In this document: positions 33,954 through 43,412 of the stretch, piece after piece | Layout of the letters: every line of letters starts with the position of its first letter | Numbering within the stretch: position 1 is the first letter of the stretch | Assembly: GCA_015487815.1 (NCBI GenBank) | Contig: WFPA01000074.1 | Span: 1 to 48,515 of the forward strand | Origin: Albidovulum sp. | GTDB taxonomy: Bacteria > Pseudomonadota > Alphaproteobacteria > Rhodobacterales > Rhodobacteraceae | Length of the DNA: 48,515 nt | Reading direction: 5' to 3' | Made by a program: the position numbers and the translations under genes | Notes under the pieces: model-generated | The model's database searches: none | The model's input: the letters and a program-made list of their open reading frames with translations, nothing else | Told to the model about the DNA's origin: nothing

Positions 33954-35120
33954 CTACTTGCCGCCGATCCGCTCGACTTCCTTCCAGTTGCCGTTCTCGA
34001 TCACCGAGACGACGATCACGTCGCCCCCCTGATGGTCGTTCGGCCCGTAGTCGATCGGCACGCCGGCGATCTTGTCGAAGTAGCTGAGGCTCTCCATCGC
34101 GTTGATGAAGCTGTCCGTATCGAGATCGCGGCCGGCCTTCTCGAGGGCCCGCACCATGAGCTCCGCGGCCGAGCGGCCGAGCAGGGCGCCGGTCCCGGGA
34201 AACTCGCCGAAGGCCTGCTGGTATTCCTCCACCCAGGCCTTCACCTCCGGGTCGTTCATCCGGGCAACGAGGTCGGACCAGCCGGCGGCGGCGTAGAAGC
34301 CCTCGGTGATGCCGCCCGGCACCTTGGCGACGGCCGTGTGGAAGGCAGCCGAGGAGCCGATGAAGTTGACGTCCTTCCAGCCCATCTTCTTGGCGGTGGC
34401 GACGGTGACGATCACCTGCCGCACCCCGAGGGCAAGGGCGATGGTGTCACAGCCGGCTCCCTTGAGCTTGGTGAGCGAACCGACGAAATCCTGCTCGTCG
34501 GGCTTGTGGGTGGTCTCGGCGACATAGTCGAGGCCGAGAGCCTTCGCCTCGTCCACCGCGCCTTCCTTGATCTCCTTGCCGAAATCGGACGGCAGATACA
34601 TGGCGCAGATCTTCTTCGCTCCCTTCTGCTTCGCCAGGTGGCGGATGCCGGCACGGATCTGGTCATAATAGCTCGAGAAGCCGGTGAACTTGAGGCGCGA
34701 AGGCGGTTCGATCATCTGACGCGCCGCCGACAGGGGCGAGATGTTGGGGATGCCCCTGGCCTCGAGCAGCGGGAAGGAGGCGACGTTCATCGGCGTGCCG
34801 AGCTGCAGCAGCATGGCGAAGATCCTGTCGGAATTGACCAGCTTGTTGAGCCCCTGCATCGCCTTGGGCATCTGGTAGCCGTGATCCTCGACGATGAAGA
34901 CGATCTTGCGCCCATGCACGCCGCCGGCGGCGTTCACCTTGTCGAAATACTGCTGCGCGGCCTTCACCGCCGGGGCGCCGAAGGCGGCGAAGATGCCCGA
35001 AAGGTCGCTGTTCGAGCCGATCTTCACCTCCGTGTCGGTCACGCCCTGCCCGGCATGGGCCGCGGCGGCAAGGCCGAGCCCGAGCCCCGCCGCAGCAAGC
35101 AAAAGCTTCAATCCTGACAT
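33954..35120 (-). CDS. ABC transporter substrate-binding protein, LivJ/LivK (type I periplasmic binding) family
   Basis: ATG at 35120 after GGGAGGAAAG. Signal peptide ..AAAHAG. Motifs VKIGSNSDLSG..A and GGVHGRKI....D. Confidence 0.85.
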   Translation of the reverse strand: MSGLKLLLAAAGLGLGLAAAAHAGQGVTDTEVKIGSNSDLSGIFAAFGAPAVKAAQQYFDKVNAAGGVHGRKIVFIVEDHGYQMPKAMQGLNKLVNSDRIFAMLLQLGTPMNVASFPLLEARGIPNISPLSAARQMIEPPSRLKFTGFSSYYDQIRAGIRHLAKQKGAKKICAMYLPSDFGKEIKEGAVDEAKALGLDYVAETTHKPDEQDFVGSLTKLKGAGCDTIALALGVRQVIVTVATAKKMGWKDVNFIGSSAAFHTAVAKVPGGITEGFYAAAGWSDLVARMNDPEVKAWVEEYQQAFGEFPGTGALLGRSAAELMVRALEKAGRDLDTDSFINAMESLSYFDKIAGVPIDYGPNDHQGGDVIVVSVIENGNWKEVERIGGK

Positions 35121-35216
35121 GTCTTTCCTCCCTGGTTGCATCTGTTGTCGTTGTCGGTCGCCCTTCGGGTATGTTGGTCGCGAAACCCCACAATAGCACA
35201 GGATCGACGTCCGCGC

Positions 35217-37133
35217 TCAGCGATACATCTCATCGATCAGGTCCTTGTATTTGCGTTCGATCACCGCCCGCTTGAGCTTCATGGTGGCGGTCAGCTCCTC
35301 GTCCTCGGCGTCGAGCAGCACATCGATCAGGCGGAAATCCTTGATCTGTTCGACACGGGCGAAGTCGCGGTTCACCTCCTCGATCACCTCGGCGATCAGC
35401 CGCCGCACTTCGGGCGCGCGGGTGAGCGAGGCGAAGTCCGAGAAGGGGATGCGGTTGTCCTGGGCGAACTTCTCGACATTCTCGCGGTCGATCATGACAA
35501 GGCAGGTAAGGTATTTACGCCGGTCGCCGATCACCACCGCATCCGAGACATAGGGCGAGAACTTGATGCGGTTCTCGATCTCGGCCGGGGTGATGTTCTT
35601 GCCGCCGGCGGTGATGATGATGTCCTTGAGCCGGCCGGTGATGTAGAGGAAGCCGTCCTCGTCGATGCGGCCGACATCGCCGGTTCTCAGCCAGCCGTCC
35701 GAGGTATAGGTTTCGGCGGTCTTGTCGGGCTTGCGCCAGTAGCCGAGGAAGCAGTTGCCGCCCTTGTACTGCACTTCGCCGCCTTCGCCGATACGGGCCT
35801 TCGCGCCGGGAATGACGGGGCCGACCGAGCCGAGGCGGTTGCGTTCGATGGTGTTGACCGAGATCAGCCCGGCCGATTCGGTCATGCCGTAGCCCTCGAG
35901 GATCAGAACGCCGATGGCGCGATACCATTTCAGGAGTTCCGGGGCGATCGGCGCCGCCCCGGAGGTGCCGCGCCGCAGCCGGTCCATGCCGAGCATGCGG
36001 CGCACGTTCCGCAAGGCCACGAGGTCCCACAAGCGCCATTCCAGCTCCACGAGCAGCGGTACGGGCCGGCCGGCATAGAGCGCCTCGGCACGCCTCAGGC
36101 CGACCTTGAGGGCGCGGTTCCAGACCTGTTGCCCGAGACGGGTGGCGTCGTCGGCCATCAGCGTCACCCGCGAATGGATCTTCTCCCACACCCGCGGCAC
36201 GGCGGTGAAGACCGTGGGGCTGACCTCGCGCATGTTGTCGAACACCGTCTCGGGGCTCTCGGCGAAATTGACGGTGGATCTGGCGGCGATCGGCGTGAAG
36301 ACCGAGATCAGCCGCTCGAGAATGTGACACAGCGGCAGGAAGCAGATCTGCTCGTCATCGGGGAAGACCGGCAGCGCCTCGATGCCGGCCGAGATCGAGA
36401 ACATGATGTTCTCATGGGTGATCATGGCGCCCTTGGGCGGGCCGGTGGTGCCGGAGGTATAGACGAGGATCGCCACGTCTTCGGGACGCACCGCGTCGAT
36501 CGCGGCCTCGAAGGCCTCGGGGTGTTCCTGATGTTCCAGATCGCCGAGGACATAGAGATCGTCGAGGAACATCACCTGGTCGTCGCGAAAGTCGTGCAGC
36601 CCCTCCGGGTCGATGACGATCACCTTCTCGAGGCCCGGCATCTCGTCGCGCCGCTCGAGGAATTTGTCGAGCTGTTCCTCGTTCTCGACGATGAGGAAGC
36701 GGCTTCGCGAATCGTTGACGAGATAGGCCACCTGCGCCGAAGCATCGGTGGTGTAGATGCCCGAAGCGATGCCGCCCACCGACTGGATGCCGAGATCGGC
36801 CCAGATCCATTCCTTGCGGTCTTCCGACAGAATCGACACCACTTCGCCCCGCTCGAGGCCGAGACGTTTCAGACCCAGACCGATCAGCCGGGCCTTTTCG
36901 TAGAACTCGGCCCATGAATGGGACTGCCAGACACCGAGCTCCTTTTCCCGGTGGGCCACCCTGTCGCCGAGCTCGCGGCAGCGGTGGCGGAAGAGGGAGA
37001 CAAGCGTGTCGCAGCCATCGACGAACCACGGCCCCTGCGAGAGGTCCCGGTTGATCGACACCCCGTTGACGATCCGCTGTGGCGGGATCGCCCTTCTTTC
37101 CGCCGTCCGCGGAGCGGTTTGCCCTGCCTTCAT
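35217..37133 (-). CDS. AMP-dependent acyl-CoA synthetase (long-chain fatty acid-CoA ligase family)
   Basis: AMP-binding motif LVYTSGTTGPPKG, plus GYGMTE and TGDVGRIDEDGFLYITGRLKD. I prefer ATG 37133, which overlaps the livF-like stop (ATGA) with GAGGAAG upstream. An alternative ATG is at 37139. Confidence 0.85.
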   Translation of the reverse strand: MKAGQTAPRTAERRAIPPQRIVNGVSINRDLSQGPWFVDGCDTLVSLFRHRCRELGDRVAHREKELGVWQSHSWAEFYEKARLIGLGLKRLGLERGEVVSILSEDRKEWIWADLGIQSVGGIASGIYTTDASAQVAYLVNDSRSRFLIVENEEQLDKFLERRDEMPGLEKVIVIDPEGLHDFRDDQVMFLDDLYVLGDLEHQEHPEAFEAAIDAVRPEDVAILVYTSGTTGPPKGAMITHENIMFSISAGIEALPVFPDDEQICFLPLCHILERLISVFTPIAARSTVNFAESPETVFDNMREVSPTVFTAVPRVWEKIHSRVTLMADDATRLGQQVWNRALKVGLRRAEALYAGRPVPLLVELEWRLWDLVALRNVRRMLGMDRLRRGTSGAAPIAPELLKWYRAIGVLILEGYGMTESAGLISVNTIERNRLGSVGPVIPGAKARIGEGGEVQYKGGNCFLGYWRKPDKTAETYTSDGWLRTGDVGRIDEDGFLYITGRLKDIIITAGGKNITPAEIENRIKFSPYVSDAVVIGDRRKYLTCLVMIDRENVEKFAQDNRIPFSDFASLTRAPEVRRLIAEVIEEVNRDFARVEQIKDFRLIDVLLDAEDEELTATMKLKRAVIERKYKDLIDEMYR

Positions 37134-37906
37134 CGCCATGTCTTCCTCGCCTTCCAGCGGCGTCGGCCGCGCGGACTTTCGTCCTTCATGCCGAGATAGA
37201 ATTCCTGGATGTCCTTCGAGGCCCTCAGCCGCTCGGCCGGTCCGTCCATCACGATGCGTCCAAGCTCGAGCACATAGCCGTAATCGGCAACATCAAGGGC
37301 GGTGCGGGCGTTCTGTTCGACGATCAGCATCGTCACTGCCTGCTCGGCATTGAGGCGACGGAGAATGGCGAAGATCTCCTTGACGAGGATCGGGCTGAGG
37401 CCGAGCGAGGGTTCGTCGAGCAGCATCAGCCGCGGCCGCGCCATCAGCCCCCGGCCGATGGCCAGCATCTGCTGCTGGCCGCCCGAAAGCGTGCCGGCCT
37501 CCTGGTCGAGCCGCTCGGCAAGGGCGGGGAAATAGCCGCAGACCATGTCCATGTCGGCGGCGATGCCGTCCCTGTCGGAGCGGGTGAAGGCACCCATCAG
37601 CAGGTTCTCGCGCACGCTCATCAGCGGGAAGATCTCGCGCCCCTCGGGCACGTGCACCACCTTGCGGCGGACGATCTCGTCAGGTTCGCGGGCGGTCACC
37701 TCCTCGCCTTCGAGAACCACCTGCCCCTTCTCCGGTTCCAGCACGCCCGAGATGGTGCGCATGAGCGTGGTCTTGCCGGCGCCGTTCGCCCCCAGAACGG
37801 CGACGATCTGCCCGTGATGCACCGCAAGGCTGACCCCGCGCAGGGCCATGATCGGGCCGTAATAGGTTTCGAGATTGCGCACTTCGAGAAGGGGGACGTC
37901 ACTCAT
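37130..37906 (-). CDS. Branched-chain-type ABC transporter ATP-binding protein (LivF-like) with a basic C-terminal tail
   Basis: ATG at 37906 overlaps the livG-like stop. Walker A GANGAGKTT, signature LSGGQQQML, Walker B LLDEPSLGL. The tail is ..RGRRRWKARKTWR. Confidence 0.9.
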   Translation of the reverse strand: MSDVPLLEVRNLETYYGPIMALRGVSLAVHHGQIVAVLGANGAGKTTLMRTISGVLEPEKGQVVLEGEEVTAREPDEIVRRKVVHVPEGREIFPLMSVRENLLMGAFTRSDRDGIAADMDMVCGYFPALAERLDQEAGTLSGGQQQMLAIGRGLMARPRLMLLDEPSLGLSPILVKEIFAILRRLNAEQAVTMLIVEQNARTALDVADYGYVLELGRIVMDGPAERLRASKDIQEFYLGMKDESPRGRRRWKARKTWR

Positions 37907-38676
37907 GCCACGTCCTCCTCGGGGCCGAGATAGGCTTCGATCACGCGCGGATCGGTCTGGACCTCGCGGGGGGTGCCGACGGCCAGCACGCGCCCGTCGG
38001 CCAGCGCCAGAACCCGGTCCGAGACGTCGCGCACGAGGTTCATGTCGTGTTCGACCATCACGACGGTGATGCCCATGAGCTTGCGCATGTCCTCGATCCA
38101 GAAGGCGATGTCCTGCGTCTCCTCGACCGATAGCCCCGAGGCCGGTTCGTCGAGCAGGATCAGCCGCGGCTCCATCGCCAGCGCCCGCCCCATCTCGACC
38201 ATCTTGCGCACGCCGTAGGGCAGCCCCTGGATGTATTTCTCGCGGTAGGGCTCGAGCTCGAGGAACTCGATCACCTTCTCGACGGCGATGCGGTGGCGCA
38301 CCTCCTCGCGGCGCACGAAGGGGGTGAAGAGAATGTCCTGCCACAGACGGGTGCGGCGGTGGCGGTGGCGACCGACCAGGAGATTCTGCAGCACCGTCGC
38401 CTGTTCGAACAGCTCGACATTTTGGAAGGTGCGGGCGATGCCGAGGTCGGCGATGTCCTCGGGGGCAAGGTCGAGGATCGAGTGCCCATCGAAGCGGATG
38501 TCCCCTTCCTGCGGTGAGTAGAAGCGCGAGATCAGGTTGAAGATGGTGGACTTTCCCGCCCCGTTCGGCCCGACGAGGGCGAACACCTCGCCCTCCTCGA
38601 CAGCGAAGGACACCCGGTCCACCGCCTTCACCCCTCCGAAGGCGAGGGTGACGTTGTCGAGTTCGAGAAGGCTCAT
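37903..38676 (-). CDS. Branched-chain-type ABC transporter ATP-binding protein (LivG-like)
   Basis: ATG at 38676 overlaps the livM-like stop. Walker A GPNGAGKST. Walker B LLDEPASGL. Confidence 0.9.
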   Translation of the reverse strand: MSLLELDNVTLAFGGVKAVDRVSFAVEEGEVFALVGPNGAGKSTIFNLISRFYSPQEGDIRFDGHSILDLAPEDIADLGIARTFQNVELFEQATVLQNLLVGRHRHRRTRLWQDILFTPFVRREEVRHRIAVEKVIEFLELEPYREKYIQGLPYGVRKMVEMGRALAMEPRLILLDEPASGLSVEETQDIAFWIEDMRKLMGITVVMVEHDMNLVRDVSDRVLALADGRVLAVGTPREVQTDPRVIEAYLGPEEDVA

Positions 38677-39773
38677 CGCATCCGCTCCGTCTTCAGGTAG
38701 CTGCGCTGGCGGCGGAACATGTCGCGCCGGTAGAAGGGAAAGAGCTCGAACCAGGTGCGGATGACGATCCAGCGGCCGTAGATGCCGCGCGGCTCGAACA
38801 GCAGGAAGGCGACGAGGATCGCGCCGAAGATCGCCGTCTCGAGCCCCGGAATGGTGATCGAGCCGATGCCGAGCGCCCCGGCGAGGGCGCTGCGCAGAAG
38901 GGCGATGGCCTGGGGCAGGAAACCGATGACGAGGGCCCCGAGAAAGGCGCCGTGGATCGAGCCGAGCCCGCCGATCACGATCATCATCAGAAGATAGATC
39001 GAGATGACGATGTTGAAGGTCTCGTTGTTGAAGACCCCGGCCATGTGCCCCATCAGCGCTCCGGCGACGGCGGTGACGGCGGCCGAGAGGGCGAAGGCAA
39101 GGGTCTTCGTCCGGGCCACATGCACCCCCATCGCCCGGGCCGATATTTCCGAATCGCGCACGGCCACGAAGGCCCGCCCGGTCGGCGCCCGCAGCAGGTT
39201 GGCATAGCCGAGGGTGATGAGCACGGTGATTGCCAGCACCAGCCAGTAGAGCCCGTCGGGGTTGGTGTAGCGGTTGAAATTGATGCCGAAGATCTCGATG
39301 TCGGGGGCGAACAGGCCCGAAACGCCTCCGGTCCAGGGCTCGGCCAGGATGATGATGTCTTCGGTCAGCACCGAAAGGGCGAGCGTGGCGATGGCGAGAT
39401 AGATACCGTGCAGCCGCATGATCGGAAGGGTGACGAGCGCGGCGACGAGCCCGGAGATCACCGCCGCAAGCGGCAGCGACATCAGGAAGGGCAGCCCCGC
39501 CCTGGTCTGCAGCAGGGTGTCGGCATAGGCGCCGAGGGCGAGCCAGGCGGCATGGCCGAGCGAGGCCTGCCCCGCATGGCCGACGAGCAGCATCAGCCCC
39601 ATGCCGGCGATCGCCCAGACGAGCACGTTGGTCGCCTCGCCGAGCATGAAATCGTCGAGCAGGAGCGGCAGCGCCACCGCCGCGGCGAGGAGCAGGAGAT
39701 ACCAGAAGAGCTGTGCGCCATGCTTCCACAGGCGGATGTCGGCGTCATGGGAGGTCTTGAAGACGATGCGCAT
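38673..39773 (-). CDS. Branched-chain-type ABC transporter permease (LivM-like)
   Basis: 366 aa, polytopic. Motif GHAGQASLGHAAWLALGAY typical of LivM. Confidence 0.85.
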   Translation of the reverse strand: MRIVFKTSHDADIRLWKHGAQLFWYLLLLAAAVALPLLLDDFMLGEATNVLVWAIAGMGLMLLVGHAGQASLGHAAWLALGAYADTLLQTRAGLPFLMSLPLAAVISGLVAALVTLPIMRLHGIYLAIATLALSVLTEDIIILAEPWTGGVSGLFAPDIEIFGINFNRYTNPDGLYWLVLAITVLITLGYANLLRAPTGRAFVAVRDSEISARAMGVHVARTKTLAFALSAAVTAVAGALMGHMAGVFNNETFNIVISIYLLMMIVIGGLGSIHGAFLGALVIGFLPQAIALLRSALAGALGIGSITIPGLETAIFGAILVAFLLFEPRGIYGRWIVIRTWFELFPFYRRDMFRRQRSYLKTERMR

Positions 39774-39776
39774 GGC

Positions 39777-40652
39777 TCAGACCTTCTTCTGCCGCACCTG
39801 GGCGAGGATGCCGTCGGGCCGGAAGACGAGGATCAGGAGCAGGATCAGATAGGGCATGATCTGCGAGAAGCCGGCGGCGATGTAGCGGGCCGAGAAGGGC
39901 TCGACGAGGCCGACGATCAGCCCTCCCAGAAGCGCCCCGGGCAGCGAACCGAAGCCGCCGATCACCGCCGCGGCGAAGGCCTTGATGCCCAGAAGGCCGC
40001 TGTTCGGGTCGATCGCCCCCTTGGTGGCGAACAGGATGCCGGCGATGGCGGCCATCGCCCCGGCAAGTGCCCAAGTCAGAGAATGGACCCGCTTGACGGG
40101 AATGCCCATGTAATAGGCCGCAAGCTGGTTCTGCGAGGTCGCCTGCATGGCAAGGCCGAGCCGCGTGCGCGAGAAGAAGAGGTAGAGCACGCCCGTCAGC
40201 ACCACCGTCACCACAATCACAGCCACTTCGTCGAGCCCGAGCACGATGCCGCCTACCCGCACCTCCATGCCGGCGATCGGGCTCTCGAGCGATTGCGGTT
40301 CATGCCCCCAGATCGCCCCGGCGATGAAGCGGGCAATGAAGCCGAGCGCGATCGTCAGGATGACGACGGCGATCTGCGACTGGCCGAACATGCGTCTGAG
40401 CACGAGGGCGTCGAGGAGGTAGCCGATTGCGGCCATGACGGCGATGGCAAGGGGCACGGCCAGCCAGAACGGCAGGCCCAGCCAGGCCTCGTTGTTGAGT
40501 CCGAGGGTAATGAAGGCCCCGAGCATCATCATGTCGCCCTGGGCGAAGTTGACGGCCTCTGTCGCCTTGTAGATCAGCACGAAGCCGAGGGCGATGAGGC
40601 CGTAGATGCAGCCGTTCGCCAACCCGCTCACGAGGAGCTGGAGTGCGTCCAT
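39777..40652 (-). CDS. Branched-chain-type ABC transporter permease (LivH-like)
   Basis: GGGAGGA RBS. N-terminus LVSGLANGCIYGLIALGFVLIYKATEAVNFAQGD. Confidence 0.85.
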   Translation of the reverse strand: MDALQLLVSGLANGCIYGLIALGFVLIYKATEAVNFAQGDMMMLGAFITLGLNNEAWLGLPFWLAVPLAIAVMAAIGYLLDALVLRRMFGQSQIAVVILTIALGFIARFIAGAIWGHEPQSLESPIAGMEVRVGGIVLGLDEVAVIVVTVVLTGVLYLFFSRTRLGLAMQATSQNQLAAYYMGIPVKRVHSLTWALAGAMAAIAGILFATKGAIDPNSGLLGIKAFAAAVIGGFGSLPGALLGGLIVGLVEPFSARYIAAGFSQIMPYLILLLILVFRPDGILAQVRQKKV

Positions 40653-40691
40653 GAAATCCTCCCTGTCGGCCCTCTGGCGGGGCTTTTCAGG

Positions 40692-40721
40692 GATTTACGC
40701 ATGGAAATGCGCATAGGGCAA
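40692..40721 (-). promoter_or_regulatory. Promoter candidate for the Liv-type operon, with a palindrome in the spacer
   Basis: Minus strand TTGCCC, 18-nt spacer, TAAATC. The spacer contains CGCAT-TTCC-ATGCG (40698-40711). Confidence 0.35.
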
Positions 40722-40778
40722 CGGTTTTGTCGTCAGCGCTTTCGTCTGCGTCGGTGCGGGTCTTGAGCGCCCGCCGCC

Positions 40779-42836
40779 TCAGCCGGTGTCCGCGGAGCGC
40801 AGGATCTGCCAGAAGGCATCGGCCAGCCGCGGGGCGCGCCGCCGCCCCAGCATCTGTTCGAGCCGGGCACGGCTTGCCGGCGGATCGGTGGCGATGCGGG
40901 CGACGAGGCCCGGCGGGCAGAAAACCGGCCGGTCGGTGCCGTCCGGGCCGTGTTCGAGGGCGCGGGCGGCCTCGAGCAGCCGGTCATGCAGCGTGCCGGC
41001 CTCTGTGCCGGCGAGCTTCAGCCGCCGCGCCGGGGGCTTCATGACGGGGGCGCCGGTGATGACCTCGAGGAAGGCGGGGCCGTATTTTTCGAGCTTCACC
41101 GCGCCCACCCCGGGGATCCGTGCCAGCGCGTCGAGATCGGCCGGCCGCTCCTCGGCCATGGCGATCAGCGTGCGGTCGTTGAAGATCATGTAGGCCGGAA
41201 TACCGGCGTCCTGCGCCAGCTTCTTGCGCAGCGCCCGGAGCGCGGCGAAGAGCGGGGCATCCTCCTCCCCGACCAGCGCGGCCGCATGCGGGATGCGTTC
41301 GGCGCGGCGGATCGTGTCCGCCCGAAGCCGGAGCGTCCGCTCGCCCCGCAGCACCGCTCGCCCCTTTTCGGTGACGACGAGGGCGCCGTGGCGGCCCGGC
41401 TCGGGCCGCAGCAGATCATGGGCCATCAGCTGGCGGAAGATCCCCTGCCAGCGGGCGCGGCTCATTTCGCGGCCGACGCCGAAGGTCGGCAGGGCGTCGT
41501 GGCCGAGGCGGCGGATTCGCTCGGTCGGGTTCCCCGTGAGAATGTCGATCAGATGGCCGGCACCGAAACGCTGACCGCTGCGCACTGCCGCCGACAGCGC
41601 CTTCTGCGCCGCCTCGGTGCCGTCGAAGGTTTCGGGCGGCGCGTCGCACAGATCGCAATTGCCGCAAGGGTTGCTTTCCTCGCCGAAATAGCGCAGGAGC
41701 GGCACCCGGCGGCACTCGGTGGCCTCGGCGATGGCGAGCAGGGAGTTGAGGCGGGCATGATCGAGCGCCTTGCGCGCGTCGGCGGCGGGGCTTTCGTCGA
41801 TCTGCATGCGGCGCAGGCGGATGTCGTCGGGCCCGTAGAGGGTGAGGATCTCGGACGGCAGCCCGTCGCGCCCGGCGCGGCCGATCTCCTGATACCAAGC
41901 CTCGACGCTCTTGGGCAGATCGGCATGGAGCACCCAGCGGATGTCGGGACGGTCGATTCCCATGCCGAAGGCGACGGTGGCGACCACGATCAGCGCTTCG
42001 TCCTCGGCGAAGCGACGCTCGACCGCGCGGCGCGCCGCCGTCTCGAGCCCGGCATGATAGGCGATGGCCGGGTGCCCCTCGTCGGCAAGCGCGGCGGCCA
42101 GCGTCTCGGTGCGGGCGCGCGAGGCGCAATAGACGATGCCGCTCTCGCCCCGGTGCCGGCTGACGAAGTCGAGCACCTGCCGGCGCGGCCTGTCCTTGAC
42201 GGCGAAGGAAAGGTGCAGGTTGGGCCGGTCGAAGCCGTGCACGAAAAGTCGCGGCGCACGTCCTCCGAAGAGCCGGGCGACGATCTCCTCGCGCGTCGCA
42301 GGGTCGGCAGTGGCGGTGAAGGCGGCGAGCGGCAGGCCGAGTGCGGCGCGCAGCCGGCCGATCTCGAGATAGTCGGGGCGGAAATCATGGCCCCACTGGC
42401 TGACGCAATGGGCTTCGTCCACGGCAATGAAGCGGATCGGCGCCTTGCGCAGGAGATGGAGGGTCGAATGCATGCCGAGCCGCTCGGGGGCCATGTAGAG
42501 AAGATCGAGCCGTCCGGCGGCCAGATCGGCCTCGATGGCGGCGTTCTCCTCGGGACTGTTGGCCGAGTTGAGGGCGGCGGCGGCGATGCCGTTCTCTCTC
42601 AGTGCCCGCACCTGGTCGTTCATCAGCGCGATCAGGGGTGAGATGACGAGAGCGGTGCCAGGTGCCGCCACCGCCGGCAGCTGATAGCACAGCGACTTGC
42701 CGCTCCCCGTGGGCATGACGGCGAGCACATCCTCGCCTGCGGACACGGCGCGGACGATTTCCTCCTGTCCGGGGCGGAAGCCGTCTAGGCCGAAATGCGT
42801 GCGCAGGGCGGCATGCAGCTCGGGGAAGACGGTCAT
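40779..42836 (-). CDS. recQ: ATP-dependent DNA helicase RecQ
   Basis: Motifs FRPGQEEIV, MPTGSGKSLCYQLPA, DEAHCVSQWGHDFRP, a Zn-binding Cys cluster (C..CGNCDLC), and HRDC (..FNDRTLIAMAE..L..IPGVG). It has a C-terminal extension of about 85 aa. Confidence 0.95.
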   Translation of the reverse strand: MTVFPELHAALRTHFGLDGFRPGQEEIVRAVSAGEDVLAVMPTGSGKSLCYQLPAVAAPGTALVISPLIALMNDQVRALRENGIAAAALNSANSPEENAAIEADLAAGRLDLLYMAPERLGMHSTLHLLRKAPIRFIAVDEAHCVSQWGHDFRPDYLEIGRLRAALGLPLAAFTATADPATREEIVARLFGGRAPRLFVHGFDRPNLHLSFAVKDRPRRQVLDFVSRHRGESGIVYCASRARTETLAAALADEGHPAIAYHAGLETAARRAVERRFAEDEALIVVATVAFGMGIDRPDIRWVLHADLPKSVEAWYQEIGRAGRDGLPSEILTLYGPDDIRLRRMQIDESPAADARKALDHARLNSLLAIAEATECRRVPLLRYFGEESNPCGNCDLCDAPPETFDGTEAAQKALSAAVRSGQRFGAGHLIDILTGNPTERIRRLGHDALPTFGVGREMSRARWQGIFRQLMAHDLLRPEPGRHGALVVTEKGRAVLRGERTLRLRADTIRRAERIPHAAALVGEEDAPLFAALRALRKKLAQDAGIPAYMIFNDRTLIAMAEERPADLDALARIPGVGAVKLEKYGPAFLEVITGAPVMKPPARRLKLAGTEAGTLHDRLLEAARALEHGPDGTDRPVFCPPGLVARIATDPPASRARLEQMLGRRRAPRLADAFWQILRSADTG

Positions 42837-43411
42837 CGATCACCTCCTTCATGGCGCAGCCAGGTGATCCATGTGTCGCCATAGCGGCGCCGGTCGAGAA
42901 GCGCGAAGCCCGGAGGAGGCGGCATCGGGCCGGCTTCCTCCCACATCACGAGGGCGCCGGGCGCGATCCAGCCGCCCCGCGAAGCGCTTGCGAGCGCCCT
43001 CTCGCCCAGCCCCTGGCCATAGGGCGGATCGAGAAGGACGAGATCGTGCGCCTCGGGCGCCGGTGCCGGCAGACGGGTGGCGTCGAACCGCAGCATCTCG
43101 ACCGACGGATCGTCCATGAGGCCGAGCCGTTCGAGATTGCGCCTGATGAGGGCGAGTCCCCGCCTCCCCCTTTCGATGAACCGCACCTTGCCGGCGCCGC
43201 GCGAGAGCGCCTCGAGACCGAGAGCGCCTGTGCCGGCAAAGAGGTCGAGCACGATGCTGCCGGCGAGGGAAGGGCCGAAACGGCCACTCTCGATCGCCGA
43301 GAAGAGCGCCTCGCGCACCCGGTCGGGGGTGGGGCGAAGTCGGGCCCGTTCGTCCCCCCTGCCGACGGGGGCGAGGCTGTGGCCGCGAAACCTGCCGGCG
43401 ATGATCCGCAT
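42833..43411 (-). CDS. rsmD: 16S rRNA (guanine966-N2)-methyltransferase RsmD
   Basis: Motifs MRIIAGRFRG..L, RPTPDRVREALF, LDLFAGTGALGLEALSRGA and LDPPY. Its stop overlaps the recQ start (ATGA). Confidence 0.85.
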   Translation of the reverse strand: MRIIAGRFRGHSLAPVGRGDERARLRPTPDRVREALFSAIESGRFGPSLAGSIVLDLFAGTGALGLEALSRGAGKVRFIERGRRGLALIRRNLERLGLMDDPSVEMLRFDATRLPAPAPEAHDLVLLDPPYGQGLGERALASASRGGWIAPGALVMWEEAGPMPPPPGFALLDRRRYGDTWITWLRHEGGDR

Positions 43412-43412
43412 C

